Origin: a virus
DNA length: 64,000 bases
Strand: one strand, 5' to 3'
Virus record (IMG/VR): IMGVR_UViG_3300035157_000972
Part shown: one piece after another, positions 36,688 through 47,020 of the stretch
How the letters are laid out: each line of letters opens with the position of its first letter
How positions within the stretch are numbered: position 1 is the stretch's first letter
Program-made: the position numbers and the translations under genes
The notes under the pieces: generated by a model
Seen by the model: the letters and a program-made list of their open reading frames with translations, nothing else
Database searches by the model: none
Told to the model about the DNA's origin: nothing

Positions 36688-39600
36688 ATGCCGTTAAGCA
36701 GACTCGAAAATTTTCTCAAGAATGTCACAGGTAACGTAATTTACGTTAATCCTGAAGAACTTGATGCAACAGATGATATTAGTAATAGGGGAAGTAGTCG
36801 AGCAAGACCTTTCAAAACTATTCAACGTGCATTAATTGAGGCAGCGAGATTTTCATATCAAGTAGGTGGGAATAACGATAAGTTTGATAAAACCACAATT
36901 TTATTATCACCGGGTGTTCATTACGTTGATAACAGACCCGGATTGCAAATTAATACATCAGGTTCACTAACTGATGTAAATGGAACTGCAGCAACAATAG
37001 ATCAGTTGTCTATTGGTTCCAATTTTGATATTCAAGATCCTAATAATGTATTATACAAGTTTAATAGTGCCAGTGGTGGTGCTATTGTTCCTCGTGGTAC
37101 ATCAATAGTTGGTCAAGATCTAAGAAAGACAAAGATAAAACCAAAGTTCGTTCCACAACCTGACAACGGTAATATTGATACGTCAGCAATATTCAAAGTT
37201 ACAGGTGCATGTTTCTTCTATGGATTTAGTTTCTTTGATGCTGATCCAAATGATAGAATCTTCAGAGATTATACATCAAATGTATATGCTCCAAACTATT
37301 CTCATCACAAGTTAACTTGTTTTGAATACGCTGATGGCGTGAATACTATTGCAGGTAAGGGTAATACCGACCTTGACATGTATTATTATAAGTTGACACT
37401 TGCTTATGGTACTAACAGTGGTCGTGCTATACCAGTATATCCTACAAATACAGATTTCGAGAAGTCAGTTGATGAAACTCGTATTGTAGGTGCTATATCA
37501 CAGGTTGGATCTATTTCGATTAGTGACATATACTCTGGTTCAAATCCTACAGATGGAGTGGCAACACCTATCGTTACTGTAGTAACAGCAACTAATCATA
37601 GTTTTGAAGTAGGAACACCAGTTCTAATCCAAGGTGTTGATGATACAAATTATGATGGAAGTTATATTGTATCTCAGGTTCTTAGTGATACTTCTTTCAC
37701 ATATTCTGTACCTTCCACTCCTTCAAGCACAGCAACTCCAAACTTGTCTGGGCTAAATCCGATAGTTAAAGTAGAGAGTGATACTGTATCATCAGCATCA
37801 CCATATATTTTCAACTGTTCAATAAGATCGGTATACGGTATTTGTGGACTAAACGCTGATGGTAGTAAAGCAACTGGATTCAAGTCCATGGTTGTTGCAC
37901 AGTTTACTGGTATCGCACTAAACAAAGATGATAATGCTTATGTCAAGTACAACACTACAACAGGTGTGTGGCAAGATCAAGCAGCACTTGGATCATCAGT
38001 CAGTTTGCACACAGATAGTTTAGCAAAACATAAACCATCTTACCAAAACTATCATATAAGAGTAAGTAATAACGGTATAATTCAGGCAGTATCAGTATTC
38101 GCTATTGGATATGCACAGCATTTCTTTGCTACTTCTGGTGGTGATATGTCAATCACCAACTCTAACTCTAACTTTGGTGCTAAGTCACTAGAAGCAGATA
38201 AGTTTAGATTTGAATCATTCCTCAAAGATGATAAAGGATTCATAAGAGAGATAAATCCACCACAGCATAACTTTGCAAAAGAAACTACAGTAGGATTTTT
38301 ACCATTAGATGTAGAGGCAACTGTAGGTGTATCAACAGATATCAAGGTTTACCTCAACGATTTCAAAAATAAAGATAATAAACCAAATGTAATACTCAAT
38401 GGGTTCCACGTTGGTGCTAAGATAGGAGATCAACTCAACGTAAGTATTGGTAACACAGTATTTGGAGCAGACATCGTTATGCCTGTTCCTCAGACTGACC
38501 CTGATGAAAGAGTATCTGGTCAGAAAGAAATATTCGTTGGTAGAGTATCAGGTATCAATAGTATAACTGGAAATACTTTTACATTACAGTCTGATCATAA
38601 GTTTATAAACGGTGAGACAGTCAGAGTTTATTCTGAAAACGGATCACTACCTGATGGATTAGATTATAACAGAGTTTATAATGTTATAACTACATCCCTC
38701 AATGCTGATCAAATTCAGTTAGCATCAACCCTGAACAATGCCGTTGCTGGTAATGAGATCACAGGCATCAATAATTCAGGTGGACTTCTTCGTATAGTAT
38801 CAAAAGTATCTGATAAAGAAGCAGGAGATGTGGGACATCCCGTGCAGCACGATGCTTCAGGTTGGCATGTAAATGTTGGAGTGGGTAATACTTTATCTGC
38901 TGCTATAACAGGAAGTCAGAGTTCTATTACACCAAAGACCAGAACTTCATTCATCAAGAGGACACTTGATAGGCGTGAAGAGTCAGAGAAGAATTATGGA
39001 TTGAAGTATATCATACCTCAAGATTCTAATCTAGCAGCAGCACCGATAGCAGGTTTTAGTATCGCTGAGACATCTTCAGTTCCAGATGATACAAACTATC
39101 AGAATGACAATAATGTTCTTACATCAGCATCAAATCTAAGACAACCAAACAATATTATCAATGCTTCATGGGCAAGCAATGTAGGTATTATCACTGCAGA
39201 GCAACCTCATGGATTGAAAGTAGGTCATATCGTACAGGTTTATAGACTTAGAAGTTCTACAAATGCATCAGGAACTGACAATAGTGGTTTCAACGGTATA
39301 TTTGAAGTATCTGCAGTTCCAAGTGATACCACATTCAGAGTTGGATTGAACACAGATCCCGGTGGAATTTCTACAATTACAATTGGTATCCCTTATACAT
39401 TCCATGATAGAAGTATTGTTGGTTCAGGTAGAACATTCAGTCCTTACTTCGTAAAACGTGACTTCAATACAAGTTATCAGATACAGGGTACAAATGAGAT
39501 ACAGGAATATAAGCAGGGAGTACAGGATGGTGAGTATGATCTAACATTACGTGGATATATTTCACAACCAGAGGTTTCTCCATTCTCCACAACTACAAAC

Positions 39601-42039
39601 TACTTTGGACAGGACATTACTGATATCGTACCTTCAGAGGATGTAGATAACAGAAACTATGATCCAAAGGCAGCAGTCAGTTATGCTGTAAGAGACGAGA
39701 TTGGTAAGGTAGAAACTAACGATCCTGAAAGAAGTATTACTAAGGAAGGTCTAAATTCATTCCTAAGAGAGACAGGTGCTGTAAAGACTATTGATACTAC
39801 ATCAACCAGTGGTGGAACACTTACTATAAACACCCTAGTGGATCATGGATTCAACGGTATTGTAGGAATACAAAGTATTACAGGTGGTGCTCAATATGGT
39901 ACTAACAGTGGTAATGCTGAGTTCTATTTCAACGTAAGACTTGAAGGTGGTACAGGTGAAGGAGCAACTGCTGATGTCACTGTATCTGCTGCAAGCACAA
40001 TAAGTGGTATAACACTAAATCATCCCGGTTCTGGTTATAGTGTAAACGATACTCTAACAGTAAGAGGAGTTCCTTTCCACACCCCCGGAACAGATTGTAC
40101 AGTTGGGGTTTCAGGAATCGACAATAAAGTCGGTGATGTAGTTGAAATAGTAGGTGTTTCAAGCGAATCATATGATGGACTATACAGAATCAAGGAAGTC
40201 ACAGACAAAAATAGTTTCACAGTCAACGGTAGTGCCGATGGTTCAGGAACCGGAGGACATGTTTACCACGTTGGTGTTTCTACTGGAGTCACTAACATCA
40301 CTCATGATGCTATAAGTGGTATTGCTACAGTACAACTTAGTGGTGACATCGGACTCAGAAGAGGTGATCAAATCGTTATTGCTGGTGCCACTGACTTTGC
40401 ATCAATCTATAATGGAACGTTCTTTATATCAGATAGAGTAGGTTATGGTACTTCTTTAGCAGTCAATATTGGTATAACTTCAAATGCTCCTGCTTTCACA
40501 GGCGTAGCGACAGCCCATGGGACAGGTATTTCAGTGAGAGGACATGGTAGAGGTATACCGTTATACGGTGGTCATACTACCAAACTCAATAATGATATTA
40601 CTTCTACATCCACAGGTGTAACTCTTGCTAACAAGGGTAACTTGAAAAGAGGAGACTTCTTGATTATAGAGGATGAGATCGTGATGGTTTCAAACTCTGC
40701 AGTTACAACTGTAATCAGAGGTGTACTTGGCACAAATGCAGTAGCACATACTAAGGAAGTATCAGTCAGAAAGATCAAACCAATTCCTACTGAGAACAGA
40801 AGATACTCTGTATTGAGAGCATCAGGACATACATTTGAGTATGTCGGATTCGGACCCGGAAACTACTCAACCTCAATGCCACAGGTACAGGACAGAGTAA
40901 GATCTGAGGAAGAGGAGTTGATTGCTCAGTCATTACAAACTAGAGGTGGATTTGTAGTCTACACTGGTATGAATGATCAGGGAGACTTCTACATTGGTAA
41001 TGTCAAGATTGACTCAGCGACAAATTCACTCAAGTTTGTTGGTGGTATCGGTGGAAGAGGTGGTGGTGCTGTGGGAGACACAGTTCTACCTGCTAACGCT
41101 ACATTTGATGATTTAGTTGCAGATCAATCATTCCAGTCTAATGGAGAAACAGAAGTAATTGATTTACTTCTCAAAGGTAATCGTTCAGGTGATATAGGAA
41201 ATAGTGTTTATGTTGGTATACAGGCAGGTAATAGCACTCCAACAAGTAATGTTGATAACGTTCTAATCAAGACATCACCTGATGCAGGTGAATATGTTGG
41301 TTGGGTCAAGACTGGTAGTAGTTGGAAACGATTCGGACCAATTTCAAAATCAGGAGAAGTGAATGCATATGCCTTTGATACTCTTGAAGTTGCAGGTCTA
41401 TCAACATTCTCAGGTGGACAAAAAGTAACTGGAAACGTTGATGTTACAGGATCTGTAACTGCAAGTGCCACGATCACAGCAGAGCAACTTACATCTACAG
41501 ATGATGCAAACATCGCTGACGATCTAACAGTTGGAGGCACAGCAACAGCAGATACATTTGTTGGTAATGGTGTCATACCGGTTGGTGGTATTATCATGTG
41601 GTCTGGAACTGATGCTGCAGTACCTGCTAATTGGGTTCTATGTGATGGTTCAGCAGCAGCACAAGCAGCAGGGGCACCAAACCTAGTTGACAGATTTATT
41701 GTTGGTCGTGGTTCTGCATATGCAGCAGATTCCACAGGTGGTAGTGCAGATGCTACATTGGTAACTCACAGTCACACAACAAATTCCACATCTAAAACTC
41801 TAACTGGTGCTGTTACAAAAATATCAGAAGGTTTCAATGCAGGTGGAACTGCAACTGGTGTATTCACAAAAACCAATGATGGAAACAATAACATCACAGA
41901 GAGTGCATCTACAAGTCCTGTATCTGGATTTACCTTTGATGGTACTCACACACATGGAACTGATTCACAAGGTTCTGCAGCGACTAACGCTAACTTACCT
42001 CCATATTATGCAATCGCTTATATCATGCGAGTTAGTTGA
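36688..42039 (+). CDS. Large baseplate/tail-fibre protein with C-terminal collar domain
   Basis: 'MPLSRLENFLKN..RPFKTIQRA', beta-helix-like core, collar 'PVGGIIMWSG..WVLCDG..PNLVDRF..NLPPYYA'. Confidence 0.82.
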   Translation: MPLSRLENFLKNVTGNVIYVNPEELDATDDISNRGSSRARPFKTIQRALIEAARFSYQVGGNNDKFDKTTILLSPGVHYVDNRPGLQINTSGSLTDVNGTAATIDQLSIGSNFDIQDPNNVLYKFNSASGGAIVPRGTSIVGQDLRKTKIKPKFVPQPDNGNIDTSAIFKVTGACFFYGFSFFDADPNDRIFRDYTSNVYAPNYSHHKLTCFEYADGVNTIAGKGNTDLDMYYYKLTLAYGTNSGRAIPVYPTNTDFEKSVDETRIVGAISQVGSISISDIYSGSNPTDGVATPIVTVVTATNHSFEVGTPVLIQGVDDTNYDGSYIVSQVLSDTSFTYSVPSTPSSTATPNLSGLNPIVKVESDTVSSASPYIFNCSIRSVYGICGLNADGSKATGFKSMVVAQFTGIALNKDDNAYVKYNTTTGVWQDQAALGSSVSLHTDSLAKHKPSYQNYHIRVSNNGIIQAVSVFAIGYAQHFFATSGGDMSITNSNSNFGAKSLEADKFRFESFLKDDKGFIREINPPQHNFAKETTVGFLPLDVEATVGVSTDIKVYLNDFKNKDNKPNVILNGFHVGAKIGDQLNVSIGNTVFGADIVMPVPQTDPDERVSGQKEIFVGRVSGINSITGNTFTLQSDHKFINGETVRVYSENGSLPDGLDYNRVYNVITTSLNADQIQLASTLNNAVAGNEITGINNSGGLLRIVSKVSDKEAGDVGHPVQHDASGWHVNVGVGNTLSAAITGSQSSITPKTRTSFIKRTLDRREESEKNYGLKYIIPQDSNLAAAPIAGFSIAETSSVPDDTNYQNDNNVLTSASNLRQPNNIINASWASNVGIITAEQPHGLKVGHIVQVYRLRSSTNASGTDNSGFNGIFEVSAVPSDTTFRVGLNTDPGGISTITIGIPYTFHDRSIVGSGRTFSPYFVKRDFNTSYQIQGTNEIQEYKQGVQDGEYDLTLRGYISQPEVSPFSTTTNYFGQDITDIVPSEDVDNRNYDPKAAVSYAVRDEIGKVETNDPERSITKEGLNSFLRETGAVKTIDTTSTSGGTLTINTLVDHGFNGIVGIQSITGGAQYGTNSGNAEFYFNVRLEGGTGEGATADVTVSAASTISGITLNHPGSGYSVNDTLTVRGVPFHTPGTDCTVGVSGIDNKVGDVVEIVGVSSESYDGLYRIKEVTDKNSFTVNGSADGSGTGGHVYHVGVSTGVTNITHDAISGIATVQLSGDIGLRRGDQIVIAGATDFASIYNGTFFISDRVGYGTSLAVNIGITSNAPAFTGVATAHGTGISVRGHGRGIPLYGGHTTKLNNDITSTSTGVTLANKGNLKRGDFLIIEDEIVMVSNSAVTTVIRGVLGTNAVAHTKEVSVRKIKPIPTENRRYSVLRASGHTFEYVGFGPGNYSTSMPQVQDRVRSEEEELIAQSLQTRGGFVVYTGMNDQGDFYIGNVKIDSATNSLKFVGGIGGRGGGAVGDTVLPANATFDDLVADQSFQSNGETEVIDLLLKGNRSGDIGNSVYVGIQAGNSTPTSNVDNVLIKTSPDAGEYVGWVKTGSSWKRFGPISKSGEVNAYAFDTLEVAGLSTFSGGQKVTGNVDVTGSVTASATITAEQLTSTDDANIADDLTVGGTATADTFVGNGVIPVGGIIMWSGTDAAVPANWVLCDGSAAAQAAGAPNLVDRFIVGRGSAYAADSTGGSADATLVTHSHTTNSTSKTLTGAVTKISEGFNAGGTATGVFTKTNDGNNNITESASTSPVSGFTFDGTHTHGTDSQGSAATNANLPPYYAIAYIMRVS

Positions 42040-42070
42040 TAAATACACATATCGGAGAATACTGCATTAA

Positions 42071-44749
42071 ATGGCATCTGTAAATAAGAAGTTTGGTATC
42101 GAGAAGGGTCTGGAGGTAGGAACAGACGCTTTAGTTGTTGATGCCGATAATAATCGAACCGGTGTTGGTAAAACGAATGCACAATACGGTCTTGATGTAG
42201 CAACAACCGCCAACTTTGATGGTATAGTTGCTGCAGGACAGGTTGGCGTTGGTAGTACACAACCTGCATATGACGTAGATATCAGGACAGACATGCGTCT
42301 GACTGGTAGATTACGTGCTCAAGACTCAAGTGCCGGTACAAATGGTCAGGCACTCATATCAGTTGGAACGGGTGTATCGTGGTCTGATCTATCTGAGATT
42401 CAAACAAACGCTGCAGATAAAGTAAACTCAGTACAATATAAGAAAGCAAACCTAAAATTTGGTGGTGCTGATAATTTTGTTTATGATCCAACAAATCAAC
42501 GAGTTGGTATTGGTAGCACACAACCAGAATACTTATTACAAGTTCAGAGACAAGGACAGAATGGTTATGTTCAGATAGGAGGAACATTCTTAGATGCTAA
42601 TGCACAAACCGCAGGAATCGGATCAGTTCTTGGTGCCACTGATGGAGATCTAACATGGGTTGGTGCCGGTGCTAGTACACTGAATGTTATATACGTATCA
42701 GAAGATGGATTAGATACTAATGATGGAAGAAGAGCAAGTACAGCAAAGAGAACAGTCAAGGCAGCAGCAGCGATAGCAGTAAATGGAGACGTTATAAGAG
42801 TATCAGGCGGTATATATCCAGAACAGAACCCCATATCATTACCACAAAACGTATCAGTTGATGGCGATGATCTAAGAAATACTAAAATTATACCTCAGAA
42901 CACTGGAGCAGACCTATTCCATGTTGATAACGGTTGTTTGATTCAGAACTGTTCATTCGTTGGAGCAGCAAATACAGGTGCTATGGTAGCATACCACCCT
43001 CCAAGAGAAGTTCTCAATAGATTCAACAAAGATGCAGGTGTTCATACATTCGTAAGTGGTGTTACCAATGCTATTACAGCAAGTGCAGGTGCGAGTGGAA
43101 GTTTTACAGCAGCATCTGGTACAACATATAACCCAACAACAGGATTTTTGATACTGGAGATTGGATCTCATAGTCTTACAACAAGTAATAAGGTCACTAT
43201 TGCTGATAATGGAGTTACTTTTACTTGTGATCTTGATAATCATGTATCTGAAAAATCATATCCAAGAGCAACTGACCCTGCATCTGGGGTAGCACTTACT
43301 ATTGATGCTGTTTCAGGCACTACAATCACTGTAAATATTGGTAAGGTGAAGAGTGCAGAGGCAGTGCATGTTAGTTCATGGAATGGTGCAACTCTTGGTG
43401 TAACTGAATTCGATTATAGTAGTAAGAGTGGTGTTGCTACAGTAACAGTGGGTACAAACCATGGATTGACTGCTGGCGTTACTCAGATTGGATTCAGGAC
43501 AGAATCAATAGGATTGAAATGCTCAACTGATAACTTCAACAAAGCAAAATATTATCCTCGTGTTGGAACAGACCCTTATGTTGGAACTCTTATTAGTATA
43601 GCATCAACAACTGCTACAACCTTCACAGCAAATATTGGAGTAGCAGGAATAGGATCCGAGTACGTTGGTTTCATCACTCAGTCTCCATATGTTAGAAACT
43701 GTACCAACTTCGTACCTGATTCTATCGGTATGCAGATCAATGGAGAACGTGCTAGAGGTCTGAAGTCGATGGTTGTTGACTCATACACTCAGTATAACGA
43801 GAACGGTATTGGTGTTTCTATAACAAATAACGGTTATGGTCAGTTAGTTTCTATCTTCACAATATGCCCTAACATTGGAATCTATTGTGGTTCTGGTGGG
43901 CAGTGTGACCTAACTAACTCCAATAGTTCATTTGGTAATAAAGGTTTAGTAGCACAGGGTATCGGTACCGTAGGTTATAGTGCACAACTTGCATCAAATG
44001 CAATAGCAGAGGACAATACTTTCGTATTGTCGGGACTAGGGACATTCAGACCATATTCAGGACAGGTTCTATATGTTGGAGAGTTATTCCAAGATGTAGA
44101 CTCAGTTACAGTAACCAATGCGGGGTCTGGTTATACGAGTGCACAACCTCCCGTTGTTACAATATCCAATCCTTCAGGACCCGGTGGAATCGCTGCTGAC
44201 GGCGTAGCAGTGATTTCTGGATTTGGATCTGTGACTGGAGTGAACCTAATTGCAAACGGTAGGCAGTACAGATCTAGTGATACTGTCAGTGTAACGATTG
44301 CACCTCCAACTTCAGGTGTTACAGCAACAGCGAGTGCTACGTTGGCACCTGCTTATTACACTATAAATAGTGCAACGACCCCTTCTGGAGGTATATCTAC
44401 TGTCACAGTGGATCAGACCATTCCAGCAGCGATAGGTATTGGATCAACAGTTCCGATTGCTAGACAATCACTTATACTAGCATCATCACACTCTTTCGAG
44501 TATATCGGAACAGGAGTTACTATTGCACAAGCAAGACCGTCACAGGGCGGAGTAACAATTCCTGAAAACCAAGTCATATCACTGGAAGGTGGTAAAGTCG
44601 TTCATACATCCACTGATGAGAGAGGAAACTTCCTAATCGGTGACGACTTTATTATAAACCAACAGACCGGAACTATTGCCGGTGATTCTTTCAATAAGAG
44701 TATCCAAGCAACCCTAACACCACTCATCATAGCACTCGGAGGACAATAA
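42071..44749 (+). CDS. Tail fibre/structural protein with pectate-lyase-like fold
   Basis: 'VGIGSTQP' motifs, 'AKRTVKAA', 'QSPYVRNCT', 'HSFEYIG', 'TSTDERGNF'; ATAAATA upstream. Confidence 0.75.
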   Translation: MASVNKKFGIEKGLEVGTDALVVDADNNRTGVGKTNAQYGLDVATTANFDGIVAAGQVGVGSTQPAYDVDIRTDMRLTGRLRAQDSSAGTNGQALISVGTGVSWSDLSEIQTNAADKVNSVQYKKANLKFGGADNFVYDPTNQRVGIGSTQPEYLLQVQRQGQNGYVQIGGTFLDANAQTAGIGSVLGATDGDLTWVGAGASTLNVIYVSEDGLDTNDGRRASTAKRTVKAAAAIAVNGDVIRVSGGIYPEQNPISLPQNVSVDGDDLRNTKIIPQNTGADLFHVDNGCLIQNCSFVGAANTGAMVAYHPPREVLNRFNKDAGVHTFVSGVTNAITASAGASGSFTAASGTTYNPTTGFLILEIGSHSLTTSNKVTIADNGVTFTCDLDNHVSEKSYPRATDPASGVALTIDAVSGTTITVNIGKVKSAEAVHVSSWNGATLGVTEFDYSSKSGVATVTVGTNHGLTAGVTQIGFRTESIGLKCSTDNFNKAKYYPRVGTDPYVGTLISIASTTATTFTANIGVAGIGSEYVGFITQSPYVRNCTNFVPDSIGMQINGERARGLKSMVVDSYTQYNENGIGVSITNNGYGQLVSIFTICPNIGIYCGSGGQCDLTNSNSSFGNKGLVAQGIGTVGYSAQLASNAIAEDNTFVLSGLGTFRPYSGQVLYVGELFQDVDSVTVTNAGSGYTSAQPPVVTISNPSGPGGIAADGVAVISGFGSVTGVNLIANGRQYRSSDTVSVTIAPPTSGVTATASATLAPAYYTINSATTPSGGISTVTVDQTIPAAIGIGSTVPIARQSLILASSHSFEYIGTGVTIAQARPSQGGVTIPENQVISLEGGKVVHTSTDERGNFLIGDDFIINQQTGTIAGDSFNKSIQATLTPLIIALGGQ

Positions 44750-44753
44750 AAAA

Positions 44754-45095
44754 ATGGCAGCGATTCCATTAAATAAATTTCGTACGATCACTCATACTCT
44801 TACTACATCATCGGTTGGTATCTACACATGCCCTCCGGGTGTAGCATCGTTGATTGTATTTGGTAATGTAGCGAACGTAGGTTCAGGAACATCAGTGGTA
44901 TCATTTAGTGCTTTTCATAGCAGAAGTTCAGTTGATACACCAATCATTGAGAAGGGTCAAATTCCTAACCAAGACTCAATGAGTTTCATTGAAGGTAGAT
45001 TAGTTCTTGAGACTGGAGATATTCTCAAAGTCAAGAGTGAAGACAGAGATGGCACACAAAAAATCATCATAAGCATATTAGAGAACGCTAAGTAA
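44754..45095 (+). CDS. Small virion structural protein
   Basis: 'LNKFRT..IYTCPPG..GRLVLETGD..SILE'. Confidence 0.6.
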   Translation: MAAIPLNKFRTITHTLTTSSVGIYTCPPGVASLIVFGNVANVGSGTSVVSFSAFHSRSSVDTPIIEKGQIPNQDSMSFIEGRLVLETGDILKVKSEDRDGTQKIIISILENAK

Positions 45096-46988
45096 ATGGC
45101 AAAACTACTATCTGGTAAGGTCGGTGTTCAGACTTATGCCGGTCTATCTACATCCCGAAATCAAATAGTTGGTGGACAACCAACATTCATAGGACTCAGT
45201 GAAGTAGAACCCAACTTGGGTTTATCTCCACAGAACTCCTATGTTTTGTATGGGGATGCAAATGGAACTCGTCGTTGGGGAGAACCACAAGGAGCACCAT
45301 CCGGTTCAGTTAGTGGTATAACAATAAGAGACGAAGGACTGAATCCAGTTGGAATGGCAGGTTCAGTGACAATAGTTGATATAGTTGGCGATGGTATAGT
45401 AGCAATACAAACACATATTACACAAGGTGGTGTTCAGGTAGGTTTAGCAACACTTACAGTGGACAGAGGAGATTTAGACGCTCAAAGTGGATCAGGATTT
45501 ACAGAAGTTACAGGTATATCAACAATCAGGGTAGGAGCAGGACTCACAATTTTTGCACCTGCTGGAACCACAGGTATTGCATCTATTGGTAATATAACTG
45601 ATGCTAACATAGACATATACGATGATAGATCATATCTTTCTATACCTAACGTATCACAACTTCAGGCAGGTGTAGGATTATCAGTTACCGCCCCTGCTAC
45701 AAATAGGGTAAGGTTTGATGTTACTGGTAATATACCAAGACTCAACGTCAGTGGTATAACAACTCTAACACAAGTTGGTGCAACAGATCTAAACGCTTCC
45801 GGAATTATCACCGCCACAACATTTGATGGTAACTTAGAAGGTAACGTTACAGGTAATGTAACTGGAAACCTCAGTGGTAATGTAACTGGTAATGTCACAG
45901 GTAATTTGACCGGTGATGTATACGCAGGACTAGCGACAGCAACCAAAGGTTTTACTGGTAATATTAACTCATCAGGTGTCAGTACTATAACTCAGTTACT
46001 TGTTACTACTATAAACAATACAGGTTTTGAGACTGCTTTTGGATACATAGCGAACGGTAACTCATTCATGGGTAACCTGAACTCAGGTGGTATATCAACA
46101 ACAAAATATTTACAGAATACTAATATAAACTCTACAGGTATTATAACAGCAACGTCATTTGTGGGTCCTGTTACAGGAGATATTGCCGGTGACGTAACTG
46201 GAACTATTCAAACTGCTGCACAACCTAATATAACATCACTTGGAACTCTTACTTCAGTAACAGTTTCTGGTAATGTAAATGCGAATGGAAATATTGTAGG
46301 AGATAATGCAACAAATATAACTGGTATTGCAGGTGTTACTGCTTCGACTTTGACAGGAACATTGCAGACTGCTGCACAGACAAATGTTACATCACTTGGA
46401 ACTCTAAGTTCACTTACAGTTTCAGGAGATATTAATGCTAACGGAAATATTGTAGGAGATACTGCAACAAATATTTCTGGAATCAGTTCGGTAACTGCTA
46501 ATTCTTTCCATGGTAATGGTGCAAACTTATCAAATGTCGTAGCATCAAGTGTTCTAGTTACAGCAACCAACACAACAAACGCTACTCATTACGTTGCATT
46601 CTCTGACTCAGTATCTGGTCAAGAGACAATGAGATCTGATATTGCTTTGACATTCAATCCTAGCACAGATACATTATCATGCTCTACCTTTGCAGGAAAT
46701 CTAACTGGTAGTGCAACAGGATTGACTGGTAGTCCTGATATAACAGTAGAGGATATCACTTGTCATAACATTTTGCCTGCAGCACATAATACTTACAGTC
46801 TAGGTTCTAATGCAGTTAGATTTGCACAGATATACGCTGCTGACATGCACTTCAGTAACAAGAATGCCACTCCTAATAGTGTGGATGGTACTACTGGAGA
46901 CTGGACATTACAAGAAGGAGAAAATGATATCTACATGATAAACAATACAACAGGTAAGAAGTACAAGATAAACCTTACTGAAGTCTAA
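45096..46988 (+). CDS. Tail fibre protein
   Basis: GNVT repeats, 'TAAQPNITSLGTL' repeats, C-terminal 'NSVDGTTGDWTLQEGE..GKKYK'. Confidence 0.75.
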   Translation: MAKLLSGKVGVQTYAGLSTSRNQIVGGQPTFIGLSEVEPNLGLSPQNSYVLYGDANGTRRWGEPQGAPSGSVSGITIRDEGLNPVGMAGSVTIVDIVGDGIVAIQTHITQGGVQVGLATLTVDRGDLDAQSGSGFTEVTGISTIRVGAGLTIFAPAGTTGIASIGNITDANIDIYDDRSYLSIPNVSQLQAGVGLSVTAPATNRVRFDVTGNIPRLNVSGITTLTQVGATDLNASGIITATTFDGNLEGNVTGNVTGNLSGNVTGNVTGNLTGDVYAGLATATKGFTGNINSSGVSTITQLLVTTINNTGFETAFGYIANGNSFMGNLNSGGISTTKYLQNTNINSTGIITATSFVGPVTGDIAGDVTGTIQTAAQPNITSLGTLTSVTVSGNVNANGNIVGDNATNITGIAGVTASTLTGTLQTAAQTNVTSLGTLSSLTVSGDINANGNIVGDTATNISGISSVTANSFHGNGANLSNVVASSVLVTATNTTNATHYVAFSDSVSGQETMRSDIALTFNPSTDTLSCSTFAGNLTGSATGLTGSPDITVEDITCHNILPAAHNTYSLGSNAVRFAQIYAADMHFSNKNATPNSVDGTTGDWTLQEGENDIYMINNTTGKKYKINLTEV

Positions 46989-47020
46989 ATACTAGGGTAG
47001 TATACTAACATAACTCACTT

